In this document: in pieces, positions 58,701 to 64,000 of the stretch | Layout of the letters: every line of letters starts with the position of its first letter | How positions within the stretch are numbered: position 1 is the stretch's first letter | Assembly: GCA_965215185.1 (NCBI GenBank) | Contig: OZ244034.1 | Location: 608,001-672,000, forward strand | DNA from: Acidimicrobiia bacterium | GTDB taxonomy: Bacteria > Actinomycetota > Acidimicrobiia > Spongiisociales > ZC4RG35 | Reading direction: 5' to 3' | DNA length: 64,000 nt | Translations under genes and position numbers: made by a program | The notes under the pieces: generated by a model | The model's input: the letters and a program-made list of their open reading frames with translations, nothing else | Databases searched by the model: none | What the model was told of the DNA's origin: nothing

Positions 58701-59573
58701 TTAAATCCGGATATCTCTGCCACCTTGAGAAAAGTCGGGGGGCGACATGGTGCCTGGCAGAGCAGTCCGGTAATCGGCGAAAAGGGTCTGCACCGATCTT
58801 CCGATTCCCCCGGTGGCGTCGAATAGTTGAGAGTGGGCCATCCCTCTTCCCAGGGAAGAGAACCACGACTGCGAGCGCAGGCCAACCCATTCGCCAACCG
58901 GCATTCTCAGCAAATGGATATTCAGATCTGCGTTCATGAACACCCACGAGGTGGGAAGCACCGAACTCACCCCGTTGCCATGGTCGGCGCTGATCACCGC
59001 CCGCAGCAGGGGGGTGAGTTCCTCACCGGCTACCAGGGGAGTGATGATCCGCAGCCACACCGCCCCGGGGCCCGGTTGGTCGAAGGCTCCCTCCGCCTGG
59101 CGCATCTCAACTCCGTGACGATGAAAATACAGGCGTCCGCCTACTCCCACCCCAACGCGGTCCTTATCCACGAGCGGGGCGTCAGCCACAGGTATGGGAA
59201 GCAGTGACGGGTCAGGAATGGCGGCCTCTGGGGGAGGTCGGTCTGCCACTCTCAACCTCATGGCGGTGGCCTGGGCGACCTCGGTGTCCCCGGCGTGCAT
59301 GTGGGCTCTTACCAACTGGATTCGCTTGCCCTCCCGCAGAATGAAGGCCGTGACTCGAAGGGGTACGGTGGGCACCACCCGGAAAATGTCAACGGTCAGG
59401 CGCGCTACTTCCATGGGAGTGAGGGTGGGGACCGAATCCACCGCTCTGGCCAGGAGCCCTGCCACCAGTCCGCCGTGTTGTCCGTCCTCATACCACCCGG
59501 ACTGGGAGAGGGGGGTGGACTCCACAACCTGTGGGTCGGCGGTGGGTAGGTACGGGGCTGGGGGTATCTCCAT
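58701..59573 (-). CDS. Acyl-CoA thioesterase (TesB-like double hotdog)
   Basis: GW...QHGG, ARLTVDIFRVVP, GKRIQLV, ADHGNG, FMNADLNIHL; the N-terminal part of the ORF-track call is antisense to mog. Confidence 0.85.
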   Translation of the reverse strand: MEIPPAPYLPTADPQVVESTPLSQSGWYEDGQHGGLVAGLLARAVDSVPTLTPMEVARLTVDIFRVVPTVPLRVTAFILREGKRIQLVRAHMHAGDTEVAQATAMRLRVADRPPPEAAIPDPSLLPIPVADAPLVDKDRVGVGVGGRLYFHRHGVEMRQAEGAFDQPGPGAVWLRIITPLVAGEELTPLLRAVISADHGNGVSSVLPTSWVFMNADLNIHLLRMPVGEWVGLRSQSWFSSLGRGMAHSQLFDATGGIGRSVQTLFADYRTALPGTMSPPDFSQGGRDIRI

Positions 59574-59618
59574 CAAGTAAGCGCGGAGAATATCACCTTC
59601 CGGTAGTGTTAAATCCGA

Positions 59619-60107
59619 ATGGCCAAAAACAAGATGTGGAAAGCCGCGGTGATCACCATGAGCGACGGGGTGATCGCCGGAACCCGCCAAGACCGCTCCG
59701 GAGAGGTTCTTTCGGGGTTGTTGACCGAGGCGGGCTATGACCTGAAAGTGCGCACCGCGGTGGAAGATACCGAGGAGCAGATCGTGAAGATCCTGGTGGA
59801 TGTGTGCGTGAAGGTGGATCTGGTGGTCACCACCGGGGGTACCGGATTGGGCCCTCGAGATGTGACTCCCGAAGCCACGCGTCGGGTGATCGACCGGGAG
59901 GTTCCCGGATTGGCTCAAATGATGATGGCCGCTGGGTTGGCTGTCACTCCGATGGCGGCGCTCTCCCGGGCGGTGGTGGGTGCTCGGGGGTCCACATTGA
60001 TTGTCAACCTCCCCGGCAGCCCCAAAGGAGCGGTGGAAAACCTGGAGCCTGTGCTGGGAGTGTTGCCCCATGCCCTTGACCTGCTGGCGGGGAACACGGC
60101 CCATTAG
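59619..60107 (+). CDS. mog: Molybdopterin adenylyltransferase MogA/MoaB
   Basis: ITMSD...R.DRSG, TTGGTGLGPRDVTPEAT, LSR, NLPGSPKG. Confidence 0.93.
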   Translation: MAKNKMWKAAVITMSDGVIAGTRQDRSGEVLSGLLTEAGYDLKVRTAVEDTEEQIVKILVDVCVKVDLVVTTGGTGLGPRDVTPEATRRVIDREVPGLAQMMMAAGLAVTPMAALSRAVVGARGSTLIVNLPGSPKGAVENLEPVLGVLPHALDLLAGNTAH

Positions 60108-60173
60108 GCGGGAGGGCGCATCCCGCTCTGCTAATACCAAGGGTTGTCACACCCATGCTCCATACTTGTGACT

Positions 60174-61346
60174 ATGAATATTTACATTGTTGTCGCCCTG
60201 GTGGTGGTGGTCTCTTTATTGGCTTGGGATATCGCCCAGCGGCGCAGAGCACTACGTGAATCGCGGATACGACAAGGGTCTGAAGACACCTTGCAGGCCG
60301 TACTCGAAGTCCTGGGCCAAGATCGACAGGAGAGGCAGGTGGAAGCCCAGGCGCTCACCGAAAGGGCCGCTACGGCGGCGGCCGTGGAGGCGGCCCGGAT
60401 GGCTAAAGCCGAATTGGAGACCCAGTCCCGCTCCAGCGCTGATCTGATTGCCCAGCAACAGCGGACCTTCAGCCATACCGCCAAGCAGATCGGAAGCCAG
60501 ATCGAGCGTATTCAGAGCGACCTCGCCTCGCGGCAAGGCAGTTGGTCACAGCAATTCGGGCAGGTAAGTGAAACATTGGCAAAACTGGGCGGCGCCACCG
60601 AATCGCTCACCAACATGCTGAACTCCTCCGGGCAGAAGGGGAGTTGGGGTGAAAAGGTGGCTGAGGACATTCTCCGGGCAGTGGGATTGAAAGAAGGGGT
60701 TTCCTATGACGTGCGAAAGAGGTTGCCGGGAGGCCAGGTCCCCGATTTTGCCTTCCATCTCCCCAGGGGCCAGTTGCTGTGCATGGATTCCAAGCTTCCG
60801 TTCGATTCTTACCGCGGCTATCAGGAAGCTGCCGAATCGGAGAAGGAGAAGTACCGCAAGGATTTCTTGAGGACGGTGCGAGGGCATGTGAGGTCCCTTT
60901 CCGCCAAGTCATACGGGGATGCTGGTTTGGTGCTCATGTTTATTCCGCTCGAATCCATCTACGCCTTTATTTGGGAAAACGACCAGGGCCTGTTGGACTT
61001 CGCCTTCAAGAAGGGTGTAATGCTGTGCGGCCCCTCCAATCTCTTTGCAATCCTCACCCTGGTGAGAGAAGCCAATGTGGCATTTGCTATGGAGAAGACC
61101 GGCGATCAGGTGTTGGACATCCTCAACCAGATGAAGAGGGAATGGCTGGAAACCCAGAAAGCCATCAACGTGTTGCAGAGCCACGTCATCAAGGCCAACA
61201 ACAAAGCGGGAGAGATCACCGGTAAGCATTATCAAGCTATGGGCGAGGTTTTCGGTCGAGTAGATGGAGTTCGCAGTGAACGGGGAATGAGTCCCACCGA
61301 CCAGGCGCTGCCTGGTGAGTCGCCACCTTTGTTGAGGGTGTCCTAA
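60174..61346 (+). CDS. rmuC: DNA recombination protein RmuC
   Basis: N-terminal TM, coiled coil, KGSWGE, PD...LP.G...MDSKLP, MFIPLES, GPSNL. Confidence 0.9.
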   Translation: MNIYIVVALVVVVSLLAWDIAQRRRALRESRIRQGSEDTLQAVLEVLGQDRQERQVEAQALTERAATAAAVEAARMAKAELETQSRSSADLIAQQQRTFSHTAKQIGSQIERIQSDLASRQGSWSQQFGQVSETLAKLGGATESLTNMLNSSGQKGSWGEKVAEDILRAVGLKEGVSYDVRKRLPGGQVPDFAFHLPRGQLLCMDSKLPFDSYRGYQEAAESEKEKYRKDFLRTVRGHVRSLSAKSYGDAGLVLMFIPLESIYAFIWENDQGLLDFAFKKGVMLCGPSNLFAILTLVREANVAFAMEKTGDQVLDILNQMKREWLETQKAINVLQSHVIKANNKAGEITGKHYQAMGEVFGRVDGVRSERGMSPTDQALPGESPPLLRVS

Positions 61347-61538
61347 CCCGAGAGAACCCAAGTGGCGGGGGTTCGCTAAGTCTTGCGTCGCGATCATCTC
61401 ATTGGCTCCTGATCCCCTTCAAGCACCCTCAGGCAAACCCAATCTCCGGGCTGGTGCTCCCTCGGACCTTGATTCTCCGCTGGATCGAAAGGCCGTTGAT
61501 AGTACAAGACGACTACCTCTATACGCCACTAGGGGCGT

Positions 61539-62672
61539 ATGCTCAGAAACGCAGTGTCTGATTTGGAAACTATCCTGCAAACCACCCTGGATTGGGGTCG
61601 GACGGGGAAGCAATTCGCCCTGGCCACAGTGGTGGGAGTGAGGGGCTCGACCTACCGTCAGTTGGGTGCCCGTCAGTTGGTGGCGGAGGACTGTTATTCG
61701 GTGGGGACGGTTTCGGGAGGGTGCCTTGACCAGGATCTGAACCGGGTAGTGGGAGAGGTGTTGTCCGCCCAGCGTCCCCGGTTGGTGGAGTTCGATCTGA
61801 CCGGTGACGAGGAGGCGATATGGGGATGGGGGATTGGATGCAACGGAGCCACGGAACTATTGGTAGTCCCAACTGACGATGCCCGAGACTGGGCGGAGCA
61901 GGTTGCTTTATCCCGTTCTTCGCGGCGTCCTTTGGCCGTGGTCCACGAACTGTTCGGGCCCCGCTTCGCCAAGCTCTATGTGGCAGACGACGGTAGCTAC
62001 TCGGGTTCCCTATCCGACGCTTCCTTGGGGCGGGAGGCGATCTCGGTGGCACGGGAGGCGATTGCTGAAAGCGAGCCTCGGGTCGTCACATTGAAGGGGC
62101 GACGGATGATGGTGGAAACACTGGATGCGCCCTGGAGACTCCTGATCTGCGGGGCGGGCCATGATGCTGATCCGCTGGCCCACTACGCGGCCGAATTGGG
62201 ATTCGAGGTGGTGGTCAGCGACGAACGCCCGGCTCTTCTCACCCCCGAGCGGTTCCCTTCGGCCCATCTGGTACCTTCCGGTCCTGCTGAGTTGAGTTCC
62301 AAGGTCGAACTCGAACGACGGACATATGTGGTGATCATGAGCCACAACTATCTGCGAGACCTCAACTATGTGCGATCCTTGCTTGGAAGCGACGTTTCCT
62401 ACATAGGGACGTTGGGTCCCGGCGCCCGACTGGAGCGGCTCATCTCCGACTTGGAAGAGTCTGGAAGCTCGCCTTCTCCCGAAGACTTAGACAAAATGTA
62501 CGGGCCAGCCGGCCTGGACATCGGAGCAGAGGGACCCAAGGAGATCGCCTGGGCGATAATGGCGGAGATCTTGGCGGTGCGTCGCCGCCAAGCCGCCGGC
62601 TTCCTGCGGGATCGCAAAGGGCCTGATCATCTACGTAAACTCGGGTTTTTACGATCCAAACCGATTTTTTAG
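61539..62672 (+). CDS. XdhC/CoxI family molybdoenzyme maturation protein
   Basis: LATVV..GSTYR..GA, GTVSGGCL, GIGCNG, GAGHD, SHN, YIG.LG, PAGLDIGAEGPKEIA. Confidence 0.93.
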   Translation: MLRNAVSDLETILQTTLDWGRTGKQFALATVVGVRGSTYRQLGARQLVAEDCYSVGTVSGGCLDQDLNRVVGEVLSAQRPRLVEFDLTGDEEAIWGWGIGCNGATELLVVPTDDARDWAEQVALSRSSRRPLAVVHELFGPRFAKLYVADDGSYSGSLSDASLGREAISVAREAIAESEPRVVTLKGRRMMVETLDAPWRLLICGAGHDADPLAHYAAELGFEVVVSDERPALLTPERFPSAHLVPSGPAELSSKVELERRTYVVIMSHNYLRDLNYVRSLLGSDVSYIGTLGPGARLERLISDLEESGSSPSPEDLDKMYGPAGLDIGAEGPKEIAWAIMAEILAVRRRQAAGFLRDRKGPDHLRKLGFLRSKPIF

Positions 62673-62688
62673 AGATAGGAACGTTCTT

Positions 62689-63243
62689 ATGAAAATTGCA
62701 AACGATTTTGAAGTCTCCCAGCCCCTTGCGGTGGTGTGGGATTTCTTTCAGGATGTACGCACTGTCGCGGAGTGCATGCCCGGAGCCGAACTCACCGAAG
62801 ACAAGGGTGACGGCATGTATGCCGGCAAGGTTTCGGCCAAACTCGGGCCACTGAGCGCCAGCTTTGAGGGTGAAGCCACGATTGTGGCCGATGCGGCTAC
62901 CCATTCAGCCACCATCAAGGGCAAAGGCGTTGACAAAAGGGGCGGCAGCCGCGGTCGGATGTCGGTGTTGTACCAACTCCGGGAGACGGAGGCGGGCACC
63001 GGAGTCAATATCGATGCGGATGTAACCCTGGCCGGGGCTGCGGCCCAATTCGGGCGCAGCGGACTGATCCGCGAAATTTCCAATCGGTTGATCAGCGAAT
63101 TTGCCCGATGCCTGGAAGGCAAGTTGAGCGCGGTAACCGTGGAAGAAGCCGCTCAAGTGCAAGCGGGTGAGGTCAAAGGACTCCAGTTGTTCCTTTCAAC
63201 CCTGGGCGCCCGCATCAAAGGTGTCTTTTCCCGCTCGGAGTAA
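62689..63243 (+). CDS. coxG: CoxG-like SRPBCC protein
   Basis: VWDFFQD...VAECMPGA, KLGP...FEG, GAAAQFGR..I. Confidence 0.88.
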   Translation: MKIANDFEVSQPLAVVWDFFQDVRTVAECMPGAELTEDKGDGMYAGKVSAKLGPLSASFEGEATIVADAATHSATIKGKGVDKRGGSRGRMSVLYQLRETEAGTGVNIDADVTLAGAAAQFGRSGLIREISNRLISEFARCLEGKLSAVTVEEAAQVQAGEVKGLQLFLSTLGARIKGVFSRSE

Positions 63244-63388
63244 AACCGGTTGCCAACCTAGTCGGCGTGTCCTGCTCGTTGGCGCGGTCTGGTTTGCTTG
63301 CTTCCCGAAAAAGACTGAAAGATATGGGGGTTTTTCTCTCCCTCCACATAGAAAAGGCTGAAAGACCCGGTAGCTGCCCTAGCCGACC

Positions 63389-64000
63389 TCAACGTTTCCA
63401 GGAGGGCCCCGACTCGGGATCTATCCAGTAGCGCTTCATGGCGTCGTTGACTGTCGACGGCGCCAAGCTTCCCTGGGCGGAGAGGGCAGACAGGACGTTC
63501 ACCACCAGATAACCGGTGTCTATCTCGAAGAACCGACGGAGCCTCCTACGGGTGTCCGAGCGACCGAATCCATCTGTACCCAGGGTCACGTAGCGGGCAG
63601 GCACCCATCTGGCGATCTGGTCAGGGACGGCCCTCATAAAATCTGTCACTGCGGTGATGACCCCACCGGCTGTGTCCAGCTTTTGGGTCACATAGGGTCT
63701 GCGGGGGCGTTGGTCGGGATGAAGCAGGTTCCAACGTTCGACTTCCAGCGCTTCGCTTCGGAGAGCCTGATAGGAGGGGGCCGACCACAACTCCACTCCG
63801 ACTCCGTAGTGTTCCGCCAGATCTGTCCGGGCTTGCTGGGCCGCTTTCACGGTCGCGCCCGAGAACAGGATTGATCCTTGCTTTTCTAAGCCCTCGGGGG
63901 AGTGTGCCCAGCGGTACAGTCCGGCCAGGATACCCCCGTCCACCCCAGCAGGTTTGACCGGGTGGTGATAGTTCTCGTTGTAAACGGTGATGTAGTAGGA
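63389..64000 (-). CDS. aceE: Pyruvate dehydrogenase E1 (AceE, homodimeric), C-terminal part, truncated by the window edge
   Basis: YYITVYNENY, LWSAPSY, VTDFMRAVPDQI, LGTDGFGRSDTR..LRRFFE. Confidence 0.93.
   Translation of the reverse strand, partial: SYYITVYNENYHHPVKPAGVDGGILAGLYRWAHSPEGLEKQGSILFSGATVKAAQQARTDLAEHYGVGVELWSAPSYQALRSEALEVERWNLLHPDQRPRRPYVTQKLDTAGGVITAVTDFMRAVPDQIARWVPARYVTLGTDGFGRSDTRRRLRRFFEIDTGYLVVNVLSALSAQGSLAPSTVNDAMKRYWIDPESGPSWKR

Noticed and set aside
59574-60140. N-terminal half of the 479-aa thioesterase ORF
   Set aside because: Shadow ORF antisense to mog; thioesterase similarity starts at about 59573

Overview
High-GC actinobacterial chromosome segment. Gene order and content (mfd-prsA-mazG-eno-ftsB-DUF501-ppx-tRNA-Leu, ribF-rpsO-pnp, SLH/RCC1 surface proteins, several LLM oxidoreductases) fit Acidimicrobiia, possibly host/sponge-associated; this placement is inference. 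A housekeeping backbone (mfd, eno, ribF, rpsO, pnp, hisC, nfuA, mug, xseAB, mog, rmuC, aceE) is interrupted by accessory blocks. These are: (i) two Cys-rich RCC1/BLIP-II-type repeat surface proteins with 7 and 29 repeats, the larger anchored by 3 SLH domains; (ii) an apparently split N-heterocycle catabolic system of three LLM oxidoreductases, a cyclic amidohydrolase, an M20 hydrolase, an alpha/beta hydrolase, a cupin and an NMT1/THI5-type ABC importer; (iii) an 8-gene ABC-2/MoxR/DUF58/vWA envelope operon of unknown function; (iv) DUF1638 plus 'virulence factor' corrinoid-accessory genes. Features not shown by the ORF track include a frameshifted PIN-toxin relic, two single-base frameshifts, a perfect 30-bp tandem repeat giving PNPase an RGG-rich tail, and a long structured non-coding element after tRNA-Leu. 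No CRISPR array, integrase, transposase or reverse transcriptase was recognised. All calls come from reading motifs by eye; no database searches were run.
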